This document shows positions 48,350 through 60,311 of a DNA stretch of 64,000 nt, one piece after another (position 1 is the first letter of the stretch; each line of letters starts with the position of its first letter). The stretch is from assembly GCA_008632985.1 (NCBI GenBank), contig QPGO01000069.1, forward strand, positions 1 through 64,000, given 5' to 3'. This DNA comes from Psammoneis japonica (taxonomy: Eukaryota). The notes beneath the pieces are model-generated. The model did no database searches. It was not told the origin of the DNA and worked only from the letters and a program-made list of their open reading frames with translations. The position numbers were made by a program, and so were the translations under genes.

Positions 48350-49891
48350 ATGCTAACTTATCAAAGTGACTTGGGACTTTCAGCACGCTACCCTCATTCA
48401 ACGAATTCGAGAATGAATCAACGTGCTCAAGGTGTAACACTTTCATCGCTGTTGTGTGTGCTTGACGGCTCTCTGGGACCCGCTTTTCTCGTCGATACAC
48501 AAGGCAATGTTCTTCACATCAACAGGACGGCTCAGGGATTTCTGGGAGTTGCGGATGCATCTGCGCCGAGGAATGTGTCATCATTTCTTTCGTTTCCTGT
48601 AGTTGACAAGTGCGACGCATCGTCTTGGGAAGATGTCACTGAAGGTTTTGCTCCTGGATGCGTTCAGCAATATGAGGGCGCGCATTTGAAAACGGGCGAT
48701 GGAATGGCATGTCCAGTCAAGCTCGACCTGGTCAAGCTAGAATCCCTGCCAAACAGCTCTGTTGCGGGCGCTCAACCAAATGAAAATGACACTGACTGCG
48801 CTTATATCTGCGTGTATATCCGAGCCCACGATGTACTCGAGCCAGGAAGGAGCTTTCCCCTCTCAACTCAAATGGAAGAAAGAGACGACGGATCGGACCG
48901 CATGGTACTAAGTAGTAAGAACAATGGTTCTGATTTCCCCACACGTCCAAATGAGACCCATGAGCTGAAGGAGCATGATGACGATTCCTGTTTCATTGAG
49001 CGAGAGGATATTAAACATATGAAAGATGAACTTGCCCTTTCTACAAGTGTTCTGAATGCATCGTTTGATCCCGTGTTCTGCATCAACGAGTACGGTACCA
49101 TTCAGCAGGTAAACGAGGCCGCAGTGAAGCGGTTCGGTTGGAGTCATGAAGAATTCTCTGGGAAGAATATAAGCATAATTTGTGGAGGAGTCCATTCAAA
49201 GAATCATGACATGTACATGCAAAATTCCTTGAAAACTGGCGTGACGCGTGTCATGGGGAAAAAGAGGGAGCTGATTGCTAAAAGAAAAGACAACACGGAG
49301 TTCCCAATTGAGCTCGGCCTTGTAGAAATGGATAGCATTGTTGGAAAGGAACGTGTTTTCTGTGGATTTATAAGGGATCTGACAGATCAAAAAGCACATG
49401 AAGCAGAGATGAAACAAAAGACTAGTCTCACAGAAGGTATTCTGGATGCGTCGTTTGATTCGATGTTTGCAATTGACGAGCATGGCAAAATTTTGATGGT
49501 CAATAAGTCATCCACCAAATGCTTTGGCTGGTTAAAGAAGGAGTTTTTGGGGCAAAACATAAGTATGATTGTTGGTGCTGAGCATGCTAACAAGCATGAT
49601 GGATACATTAAGACTTATCTGAAGACAGGGGTCAAGAAAATGATGGGGAAACAGAGAATTCTTGAAGCTCGCCGAAAGGACGGTTCGGTTTTCCCGGTCT
49701 GGCTCGGCTTGACAGAAGTGTCAACAGATGGCGATGCTGGCAACCGAAGGTTTGTGGCTTTTGTTCGAGATCTGACAGACCAGAAGAAACTGTTTGAGAT
49801 GCAAATCAAGTACGCCAAAGCAACCGGGCTTCTTCGAGATTTTCTTCCGGAGGAGTATTATCAGCATTTTCAGCGCATAAATTCAATTTAA
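48350..49891 (+). CDS. Multi-PAS sensor protein (one divergent PAS plus two FixL-like PAS-PAC), no output domain
   Basis: LNASFDPVFCINEYG...H..Y...LKTG...AKRKDNTEFPIEL...FCGFIRDLT is repeated twice. Ends KATGLLRDFLPEE. Confidence 0.85.
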   Translation: MLTYQSDLGLSARYPHSTNSRMNQRAQGVTLSSLLCVLDGSLGPAFLVDTQGNVLHINRTAQGFLGVADASAPRNVSSFLSFPVVDKCDASSWEDVTEGFAPGCVQQYEGAHLKTGDGMACPVKLDLVKLESLPNSSVAGAQPNENDTDCAYICVYIRAHDVLEPGRSFPLSTQMEERDDGSDRMVLSSKNNGSDFPTRPNETHELKEHDDDSCFIEREDIKHMKDELALSTSVLNASFDPVFCINEYGTIQQVNEAAVKRFGWSHEEFSGKNISIICGGVHSKNHDMYMQNSLKTGVTRVMGKKRELIAKRKDNTEFPIELGLVEMDSIVGKERVFCGFIRDLTDQKAHEAEMKQKTSLTEGILDASFDSMFAIDEHGKILMVNKSSTKCFGWLKKEFLGQNISMIVGAEHANKHDGYIKTYLKTGVKKMMGKQRILEARRKDGSVFPVWLGLTEVSTDGDAGNRRFVAFVRDLTDQKKLFEMQIKYAKATGLLRDFLPEEYYQHFQRINSI

Positions 49892-50060
49892 TTTGGCGAG
49901 GGCCCTTAGATAACCACACCTTGTTATGTCGAAGCCTCTCATGATTTTCAGTTCTGAATTTTTTTCCCAATGCTCTTGTTGTATGCTGCCACATGGCTCT
50001 AGCTCGGGCAGTGGCAAGAACAGTCTTGTTAGGGAAAAGAGCAGAGCTGCGCCGCTCCTG

Positions 50061-50168
50061 GTCCTTGCAAAACAGTCATCCTTCTTGCACTTCCATTTGC
50101 AGAGACTGCCCACAGCTCTTGTCCTTGTAAACAGTCACCCTTCTTGCACTTCCATTTGCAGAGACTGC
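50061..50168. repeat. ~60-bp tandem repeat (about 1.8 copies)
   Basis: GTCCTTG..AAACAGTCA.CCTTCTTGCACTTCCATTTGCAGAGACTGC at 50061 and 50121. Confidence 0.85.
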
Positions 50169-50412
50169 AGTTCCTCCATTGCCTTGTCACTCCCCGCTCT
50201 GACAAAGGTTTTGCAACACACAGCTTGCCATGAGGTCACTCCATCAGTGGCTCTGGGGTGGTTCTGGGGCTTGGCCCCTCCTTCTTTGCTTTGCAAGAGA
50301 GCCACATGGAGTTTGCTGGTTGTGGAGAAAGGCTGCTCATGTGACTTGCTGTGGGTGATCATTTGCATCACATTGGCAACATGCAGGAGAGATGCATTTG
50401 AGGTCTGCTGCC

Positions 50413-53400
50413 AACCCAGACACATTGAACCTGGAGATGATTGTTGAAGGAAGGGCACGTGGGTCCTGACATGTGCCACAATGACAACTCTCCTTGAAGA
50501 ACTGCACAGCAGCTGTCAATCCCCAAGATCTGTTTTACGTTTTGTTCTGGTTCACACAAACTGTGTTGAGGCATCAGCAGGCACCTGTTTTGTGTTGCAA
50601 ATTTGAAGTTTGTTGAGAACTTCTGGGCAAACCACAGCCACCACAGCAACCAGGGCAAGTGCAGCAAGCAGCACAGGAAGCCTTGCAGGATTCCATTTTG
50701 ACAACATTGAGGACTGGCTGGTTCAACATTCACCCCGAATGGTCACAAGCACAGTGTTTGGTGCTTGTTTCAACTGACTTCACACATTTAACTGACATTG
50801 GAACTCTGCATTGTGAGTGGTGGAGGAGGTGGAACAAATGGCAGAGACCAAGGAAGTTGCTGAGGTGGGGGTGACAGAGGTCACAAGTTTTCCAGCAACA
50901 ACAAGAAGACCAACATGAAGAAAAGCTTTCAGCCTGAGATGAACTTTCATCCTTCATCACTGATCAAACACATGAAGATGTTAAGGCAAAAGTTGTCAGT
51001 TGCATTCAGAAGGAATGTGAACAAGGTGTGCATCCAGCAAGATCCTCAGAAGACATGAAGTCCAAGGATTTCATTGCAATTAGAACCCCACATTGGGTGC
51101 ACCAAAGTCAGAATGGCCAACTGACCAGATGCAGACAGACTGCCACAATGAGGTGGAAGTGAGACACTGAGAAGCAAAAGAACTGAAGAGCAAGTGCAAG
51201 GCCCCAAGCTTCACAACTGCAATGACAAAGTGAAGAAGCTCAAAAAGAGAACGAGACTGCTGCATTTGCCAGGATCCCAGATGACTGCTGCAGGAAGTTA
51301 ATGAGACAGAGAGTGCAAAGCAACCTCAGTTGCTCAAGCATTGGGGATGACCCAACAGCGCAACTCAAGCTAACACAGCTCCTTGTGTTTGACTCAATGA
51401 GAGGTCAACACCCATTCTGCACACTTGCTGAGTCTCTGAAGAACATGCTGGAAGTAAAACACAACAAGAGAACAAGTTGATGAATGATTGGCTGTCAAGA
51501 TTCAAGAATCAGCATGATTCCACAAGTGACAGTCTGGGAAAGAAGATGCCAGACAGGTTCATTGAGAACACCAAGGAACACAAGAGTGTGGCATCTCAAC
51601 TGTTGATGCCAACCTGAGAGACGCTGTGTGTGAGACATGGAGATGCACCTGTTTTGTGGAGAACAGCAACAATTGCTTCTGCAACAGCTTGAAGAAGAGC
51701 TTTGTGAGCAATCAAAACCTGGGCAGGGATGCACATCTGAAGACCCCAGACATGGCAATGAATGTGCTGCTCAATCATCCAAAAGATGATGATCCTTGCA
51801 AGCATCATGGCAAGAGGAACAATGAACATCCAAACAACAAGAATGACAATGCAAAAAGAGGCAATGAAAGGCCCAACAACCCCAAGGACCAGATTCATGC
51901 CCAGACAGGCAACCAAAACAATCCTGTGATGTGTCGCTGTTGTGGTGAGCGGAGTCACAAGTCCCCAAGTTGCAAGCACAAGAACAAGATGCCACACAAC
52001 AAACAGCTCAGGAATGCTGGGAAGAAACTGGATGCCAAGGGACGGAGTCACACACAGATGTGAGGTGAAAGACAACTCGTTGGTGGACAGCAACAGTGCA
52101 AGCATTGATGCCACCAGATGTGACAGATCAAGCCACAGCCAAAGCAGCAAGAAGCAAACATGGCACAGAAACCAACTGGGCACAAAGATTCCAGCAGAGC
52201 AGCAAGCCAGAGACTGTTGCACAACATTTGTCCAGCAAGGGCCAAGGCAGACCTGCATGCCAGCACAGGAGCGGACACCTTGGACAAGGACTTCACCATG
52301 CCTGGATGGGGAGACACAAAGCTGAGATCACAGAATGTGATCACAAACACCCTGAGTTTGAAGGATGTGAAGAACAAACGCTGTGTCACTTGTGAGAACA
52401 GAGTGGCCAATGAGTTTCAACTGCTGGACAAGAAGACTGGCAAACAAGTCACTGTGTTCAAGGTTGACAACATTGGGCAGCATGCATTTGTGCTGAGCTG
52501 GCAATTCTTTGACTGTGTAAAAGATCTCCTAGAAAACAAGATGTGCGTGAGCATGCTGTTAAAGAAGAAGACAAAGAAGACGCAGGCTGCACCAAGAGAG
52601 AAGTGGCAAGTGCTTGGCAAGCTCTCAGACTGTGTTGTGAGACTGGAGCACCCAAGGTGAGGGATTTCAAGCTGTTTTTTAGTTCTGGCCAAATGAAGAA
52701 CTTGTCCATTGTTGCTGAAGATGTGGGCAGGATGGCGGCTGTTTGGGGTCCACCAACAGATGCAATGAAAGGCAAGGCCAAGTCCACACATCATTCCCAA
52801 GAGAGAAATGACATTGTGGCAATGCCACCTGAGACACACAAGAAGCAGAGAGAAGGCATGATCCTCTGCATTGACACCATGGAAGCTTGCAGAGTCAAGC
52901 CTTTGCATGCAACAGACAAGATGATCAAGTGCCAATTGAGTGTGGGACTGAGATCCAAGAAATGTGATGATGTGTGTGAAGCACTGGACATGATCCTGTG
53001 GCAGGATGACACAGCCCTGTTTAAGATTGACTTTGTTGAGTGTGATTCCAAGTTCAAGGACATGCCTGCAGAAGTCACTGATGGCATGAATCTGGAGCTG
53101 ATTTCCATGAATGCAAAAGATCATGTGCCTGAAGTTGAGCAGAGCATGTGCAAACCAAGGAGCAAACACAGCCACAAGCCACTGCATGCCATGTGCCACA
53201 CAAGATGACACCCAAGTTGATGTGTGAGCAAGCCACAATCAAAAACACTGTCATGTTGAACATGTGCCTGCAGAAAGAAGAGATCTCTGACACTTGCAGT
53301 CTTCACATGATTGTGCAATGAAGAACCCTTGATTGTGACAAACACTTCAAGTTCAGGTTTAGAGAATTTGCAATCTTCCATGTTGAGAATCAACCAATGA

Positions 53401-56400
53401 ACACCATGAGAGCAGACACGGCATTGACATTGCATGCCTGTGACCATTCTTGATCTGCTCAAGGGCAGACACTGCACCATGAACCCACCAGGGGGAGAAG
53501 CCATTGAACCCCTGCAAGTGCACCTCCACACCCCTGGCCAACACTTGTGTGCAGGCTGTTGAGGAGATGGCCTTGAAGCAAGGCATCAAGGAAATTAAGT
53601 TCACATGGGCAAATGCAGAGATGGTCTGTGTGATGTCAACTTGAGTGCAGGAGTGGACAAAAATGAAAGCAACAGCAACAAAAGTGACAACGATGATGAA
53701 TGAAAAGAAGGGATGATCACAACAGGCTGATGTCAACAATGTGACCAATTAATCCCAACCTGCATGGACCATGTGTGGTCCTGGAAAAAGGCAAGAGAGT
53801 TCTTTGCATCCAAGTCATCAGAGCCACATGTGGCACAACAATCACAGCCATGTTGTGGTGCAATCAATTTCACAGAGACTTGGAGAGGAGAAGATGCTGG
53901 GGTTTAAGTTCAACCCATGTGATCCATGCATTGCCATTTGAGCAGTTAATGGCAAGCAGCACACTGTCCAATTCCACGCAGATGTGACATGATGGTGAGC
54001 CACAAGAACCCAAAAGCAAATGACAATCCATTGCAAAGTTGTCACCACACAAGGAAAGAGACATGACTGTCTTGACAAGACCATGGACTTTGGCAACAAG
54101 GGCAACAAGGTGAAGGTGACATGACCAACTGTGTTCACAAGATGATTGATCACTTTCTAGAAAGGAAAGATTGGGAGCATGGATGCTGCCATCATGCCAG
54201 CAGGTGAGAACCATTTGACACCAGCAGCACCAGGTTGCCAGCAGAAAAAGCACAGCCATTCCACACATGGGTGACCAAGGGACTGCTTGTGTCCCCAAGA
54301 GAGGCCACATGCTGGATGGGTGCCCCGCTGTCACTGCACTGTGTGCATGATGAGTGAGAGAGCTCACAAATGAGGATTGGGGAAAACCAGTCCATTGTTT
54401 CAAGCATGGTGTGAACCAGACAAGAAATGAACTTGCTGCATTGAGCACGAAAGATCATTGAGTCATCAAGTGGCCTCAAATGGCACGTGGGTGCATCAGT
54501 TGCAGCACATTCTGACTTTGAGAGCCACACCGGTGGAGTCATGCATGACAATGGGCAATGGAGCAGTGCAGGCTGCATCAAAGCACCAGAAGCTCAATGC
54601 TTGAAATGGCACAAAAGCTGAGCTTGTTGGAATCAATGGTGCCATGACTGTGCTGTGCTGTGGACAAAGTTGTTCATGGAATGCCCAAGGCATCTGATTG
54701 ACAAGAATGTCCAGCATCAGGACAACACGAGTGCCACACTGCTGGAAGCCAATGGGCACAAGAGCATCTGCAAGAAGCAGTCAAGAGTGCTCAATGTTTG
54801 AAACTTCTTTGTTGCCAATCAAATTGAGAAGGGCAACAATCTTAGAGTGCAGTGCCATCCTGCTGATGACATGCTTGGAGACTTCATGACCAAGCAATTG
54901 CAGGGCAAGAAGTTTTGTAGATTCAATGAGCTGTTGTGGGCCATTGACCTCAAGCATGACAGAAGCAACCCCTGTTCTTTGTGGCATCAACAAGAGCTCT
55001 GACATGCATGGGTGAGAAAGATCCCTGAAGTTCAATGCTCAGTGCAAGCATGAGGCCAACAGAGCCTTCTTGAAGCAAAGGCACATGATTTGTGACCACA
55101 ATGGCAAAGATGAGTGTGAATGTGTTGCCACTCAACCCAGTCACATTGAGATGGCCACATGATTGTTGGGCCTGGTTTGACGGCCATGACCATTGCATGG
55201 AATGCCACATGCACAAACTGCCATGTGAGCCAGATGGCATCACAACATGCAATGAGGAGATGATTGGTCACTTTGAACAAGCAAAAGAAAAGCTTGTCAG
55301 ATGGCTCAAGAGTGGCACCAAGGTGGAGTTGACAAGCAACCTGTGCTCACAATGAAATGTCTCCAACCTGCATCAAATGACGATTGATGCAAATCAGACA
55401 AGGGGAGGACACAACATGGAATGCAACAAGATCCCCAGTCTAAAGTCCAAGTTGATGAAACTGTGTGAATGAAGGCATTCCATTTTATGAGACTTTCATG
55501 ACAACAGCATGAGGCATTGGACCCCAAGTCAGCTCAAATGCATGTCTGCTGTGACACTGATGTTTTCTTCACATGACAGTTGCAACACAACTGGTGATGC
55601 TGAGATGTGCACCATGGAGGTGCACAAGGCCAGTTGCCACTGACAGATTGCCAGTTGTGACTTTTGCTTGCAACACAAGATGTGTTGCCAAGAACATGAA
55701 AGGCATGGTGAGGATGAAGAATTCATCAGAGACAAATGCATTGCTGGATCCAAGAATGGGAGCTTGCAGCTCACACTGGACCATGGAGATTTTATGATGT
55801 TGACAGGGTCTCATGAAACTCAGTCCCAGAGACAACAAGTGCAACAAGATCTGTTTTGGACTCATGTGTGACAAGAATGGATGCATTTTTTATGCAAAAA
55901 AGTTGGCATCATTTTTCCACCACAATGTTGTTCAGACAAGACCCAGGACAAAATGTTCTTGTCATCATGTGGGACTCTTTGCACTGGATCCCAAAGTCAT
56001 CAACAGCCAGATCATGGACCTGTTGATTGGCACTCTGTGGACAATGGAGTTGGCAGAGCAGAGCCGCTGTGCCCACACTGGAAAGTTTGTGGAGCACATG
56101 CAAGACAAGGCAGATGAATTCAATGATGACATGTTGGGGATGGTGCATGGATCAGCATCATGGTGTGATGACAGAGATGACAGCATTGGACAATGAGGTT
56201 GGGCCAGAGAATTCATTGTGTGAGTCCCTTGTGGGGATTCACCAGTGTGTTGATTCTAAGAAATTCAAACATTGATGAGAGCAGCAGGAGTGCATTGGAA
56301 CATCAAGACAAGAACCCAGACACATTGAGCCCAGAGATGATTGTTGAAGGAAGGACATTTGGTCCTGGTGCATGCTGCAATGATGTTCTCCTCCTTGAAG

Positions 56401-56652
56401 AGTTGCGCCATCATTGACCCCCAAAATTCATTTTAAATTTTGTTTTCACTCTTTGGAGTGAGTCATCTGGTTTACACAAACTGCATTGAGGTGTCAGCAG
56501 GCACCTGTTTTGCTTGTGTCACAAGTTTGAAGTTCATTGAGAACTTTTGGGAAAACTGTGGCCACTGCAGCAACAACCGGGACAAGTGCAACAAGCAGCA
56601 CAGAAAGCATCAGGGATCCTTTTTGACAACATTGACTTGTGCTGGTTCAACA
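50413..56652 (+). mobile_element. Old Ty1/copia LTR retrotransposon 3; diverged LTR segments at 50413-50728 and 56313-56652
   Basis: Direct repeats end in GCTGGTTCAACA. Zinc knuckle CRCCGERSHKSPSC (~51932). PR-like LVDSNS. GAPKVRDFK...KN..AEDV...WGP...KGK. RT: RATCG...MLWC, FNPCDPC, VNGKQHTVQFHAD. RH: HVGAS..H...SHTGG, QDNTSA. Confidence 0.85.
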
Positions 56653-58050
56653 TCTGTTTTGAAAATTCTGGATTTGCTGCCATTGTGCTTGGCGGTGATC
56701 CGCCACTGCTTGGGCTCAATGCACATGGTCCAATGGACAAGATTGGAGGTTGGGACATGCTGTTGTGTGGGCTGGCCAATCTTTTTGCTCTCACAGCAGC
56801 TGCAGTTGCCAGCACTTCTGCACTCCCTTCCCAACAACAATGTTGTCAAGCACCGTGGCCAACACCACTTCTGCCTCTAACTCTGGTTGTTTTTGCTTTT
56901 TTGACAATTGCAGACATTGCTTGTTGAAGCACCAGTGACAATGAAAGCACTGGAAACCACAAAGGCATGTCTCTGGTTTTCTCTCAGGGGGCAGGAAGCT
57001 TCCCTCTTTTCCTCTTCTGTCCCATCACTCTCCACCTTCATCTTGGTGTCTTTTTCCATCATCCATTTTCAGTTTGCATTGTTTGTGAGAGATTTGTAAA
57101 AATCAAATGACAACCCACTGGCATTTTCATCTCTTTTTTGTTTTCATGATGCTTTTGTCCATGGCAAACACAATGTGCAGGAACATGTGCCTGTTGGTGT
57201 GTTGCTCTGTGCTTCTGATGGTGGTTTGTTTTGCAGCATTGCATTTGAAGTGCCCACATGCTTGCTTGAAATTTGCTCAAATGGAAAACGAGATGACACA
57301 CGTTTTTCTGCAACCAAGAACAGAGGACCTGGGTCATTTCATTGTCATTGCAGCAGTGCAACCTCCAGCAGCACACAAAAGTCTCATCCAAGGGTCATTG
57401 TTCCTGGTTGGATTTTGTCCTCTTTGTGCATTGCAATTTGCCACACATTCAATGCCAAGGGTTGCTCTGCCATTGCAAATGTCTTGGCTCAAGTGCAACT
57501 TGACCTGCCCAAAGAAAAACTTGTGCTCTCTCCATCATTGTGCCCAGCTTGAAAAAAGCACAGTGCATGGGCTGCAAGGCATGAACATCTTTTTCTTCTT
57601 CTTGACACACTGCTCAAATCCTCTTTGCACAAACATGACTGCATGGCTGGTTGTGCACACTTGCCTCCCCAGCTTCCAGGTCTTGACAAGCTTCTGTTCT
57701 GACCAGAAAGCCACCACAATCACAACTTTGAGTGTTGCAGCAAGGGCGAGGCTTGTTGCCTCACCTCTCTCAATCATCTGACACACCATGGCCAGCTCCT
57801 CACATCTGAGGGACGATCGTCTTGGCTCCCTTCACATGATGCACGAGACACCTCAGGGGGTCTTCACCCGCGGCTCCCTGGCAAGTCAATCACTGAAAAT
57901 TCACATGTTGTCATGTTGTGAACAACCTGGTTTTGCAAGGCTTGTCGAGAGTGCCCTTGTCATTGTAACAGTTTGGATGCAATGTGATTGTGGAGGTGCC
58001 ACATGGATGATCACAGAGGAGCAATTTTTGTGAGAGAAAGCAAGACAGCC
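56653..58050. mobile_element. Unassigned TpA/CpG-depleted relic
   Basis: Composition only. TpA returns abruptly at ~58065. Confidence 0.5.
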
Positions 58051-58502
58051 AAAATTTTCGAAATTTATTCATATTACATTTAGTATAACTAGACTAATAT
58101 CATTGTGTTTGTGCTTTTTAACTAAAAAACATACGTGCTTAATGATACATTGGCATTTCGATCCGTTGCGTAAATAATACAACACCTCATGCATTAGGTT
58201 AAACATTGAATAGGAGTCTCACAGACTTTTTTGTATTGCTAAATGAAAGTACCCATTAGGTCGATCGGGATTGAAATTTTGGAATTACTTAACGTCGATA
58301 TTTTATAGAAATCCTTCTTATTGAATACTTATAATGATGGAAACATTGTTCGGTTTGGGCGGCCAACGGCAATTGTGCGCATGCTTTCCCTCGCGTTTTC
58401 ACCGCACCCACCAAACCGTCATTATTCTTGCTTTCACTCATTCCAATGCATCACGCACAACATACCGCAATAGCTCTCATTAAAACCTAAATTGAAAACA
58501 CA

Positions 58503-60311
58503 ATGATAAAGATTACCGGTGGTTCGCATGGGCTTGCCATGTTCCTGTTTGTTTTTGGCATTCTTCAATGCAGTCGAGAATGTGAAGCAATACCAAACTT
58601 GGGAAAGGCACCCGATCAAATTCTGCGGGACTATGACACGCGATTTGGGGATGCAATCGCACTTCACGGTGGGACTGCTCTTATCGGTGCATCCGAAAAG
58701 GGGGGCAAGGGGTCTTTCTATGTGTACAACGAAATTCCCGATGCCGCTCAACCATGGCAATTGGAGCAAACTATGAATTTCGACCCGGACTTTCCAGGGT
58801 ACGCCGGTGCGGACTCTTCGTCGTTTGGCTCGGCAGTGGGGCTCAATCTGGATGTAGCAATCGTGGGAGCACCTTATTTGATTCCAGAAGATTCTGCAGA
58901 TCCGTATGGGGCTGCCTTCTTATTTCGACGGGACGTGAATGGGGCATTCCAACTTATTGCCGATCTCAAATCCACCCTAGCCGACTCTGTCCGAGGAGGC
59001 TTTGGTCATGACGTGGCAATTGGGCGCAATCATATTGTTGTCTCTGAATTAGATGCTGGTATTGAGAACTCTTACTACAGTGTTGGAGCGGTCCACGTCT
59101 ATTCTTATTCAAGGGTGGGGGAACAGGGTTTGGGTTTTCTGCATTTACAGACAATTTACCCTCCTGAACCACATATGATGACGCATTTCGGCTCATCTAT
59201 CGACCTTGCTGGGGAGACTCTTGTCGTTGGGGAAGAGGGTCGAACTGTCAATGGGGTTCAGTGGGTTGGTAGAGCCTACACTTATGTCTGGAATGGCTCT
59301 ACGTCTAGCTTTGACCTTTCCAACACACTCATGCCAGAGTTTGATTTAACCGGTCAGTTCTTTGGCTCCGCGGTTGCGATAAGCGCTGATGAGTCGACAG
59401 TAGTCGTTGGAGCCAAGGGTGATTACCAGTCCGAAAATCATATTGGAAAAGCCTTTTCGTTCGATATGAGCTTTCTCGTTCCTCGAAGATTCAATCTAGT
59501 GCCCGTTGTGGGTACAATTACCACAGCGGACCGATTTGGCGCTGCTGTCGCAGTTTCATCCGATGGTACTTACGTGGTAGTTGGCAGCCCTGGGCTCCAA
59601 AAGGATGGCGCCATTTATGCATTTAGTAACGTTGGCGCGAATATTGCTGCTGTGAGGGGCCTTCACGACTTTGGCCATGCAATGGCCATGTCAGATGACG
59701 ATCACTTTTTGATGGTGGCCGACCTTGCAGGAGAGAATGTTTCTGAAAACATTTACATTTGGAGAAACGAGTCACCACGACCGCCTCGGACACCGCTGCC
59801 TACACCAGTGGCAACACCGAGTCCAACGGGAGCTGCGACACCCACCCCTACAGTGTCTCCGACAGTTGAAGAATCGACTTTTCCCTCCAGTTCTCCGACA
59901 AGTTCTCCAACAAGTTCTCCCTCCGGTTCTCCTACAGGTTTTCCCACGGTCACTCCAACGATTGAGGAATCTAGCTCGCCCAGTCAATCACCAACCCCGG
60001 AGGAAGCGACTCTTGCGCCGACAAGTGTACCAACTCCAGCCTCCACCACGACCCCTGTTCCGACAAGCGTGGAAGCATCGACGGCACCGCCTTCAGCATC
60101 GACGGCACCGCCTTCTGTATCGCCAGTTCCGACACCCCAATCGGAACCCGTACTAAACCCAATACCAATACCCTCGGCTGATACCCTTGCCCCAAGTTTG
60201 CGTCCAGGATTTAATGGTGTATTTTCGGAACGCAGCAGTAGCACGACCAAGTTGCTTTCTCCTCTATGCCTGGGGTTGTTTTCGGTGGGCTTTCTTGTGC
60301 TCTTTGCCTAG
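58503..60311 (+). CDS. Secreted/cell-surface FG-GAP-repeat (beta-propeller) protein with Pro/Thr/Ser-rich stalk and hydrophobic C-terminus (GPI-like)
   Basis: Signal peptide. Repeated FGxxV/IA...VVGAP/GAK/GSP units. PTxSP repeats. SSS followed by a hydrophobic tail. Confidence 0.85.
   Translation: MIKITGGSHGLAMFLFVFGILQCSRECEAIPNLGKAPDQILRDYDTRFGDAIALHGGTALIGASEKGGKGSFYVYNEIPDAAQPWQLEQTMNFDPDFPGYAGADSSSFGSAVGLNLDVAIVGAPYLIPEDSADPYGAAFLFRRDVNGAFQLIADLKSTLADSVRGGFGHDVAIGRNHIVVSELDAGIENSYYSVGAVHVYSYSRVGEQGLGFLHLQTIYPPEPHMMTHFGSSIDLAGETLVVGEEGRTVNGVQWVGRAYTYVWNGSTSSFDLSNTLMPEFDLTGQFFGSAVAISADESTVVVGAKGDYQSENHIGKAFSFDMSFLVPRRFNLVPVVGTITTADRFGAAVAVSSDGTYVVVGSPGLQKDGAIYAFSNVGANIAAVRGLHDFGHAMAMSDDDHFLMVADLAGENVSENIYIWRNESPRPPRTPLPTPVATPSPTGAATPTPTVSPTVEESTFPSSSPTSSPTSSPSGSPTGFPTVTPTIEESSSPSQSPTPEEATLAPTSVPTPASTTTPVPTSVEASTAPPSASTAPPSVSPVPTPQSEPVLNPIPIPSADTLAPSLRPGFNGVFSERSSSTTKLLSPLCLGLFSVGFLVLFA

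Noticed and set aside
59780..60190. Repetitive DNA in the surface-protein gene
   Set aside because: Explained by coding Pro/Thr/Ser stalk repeats.
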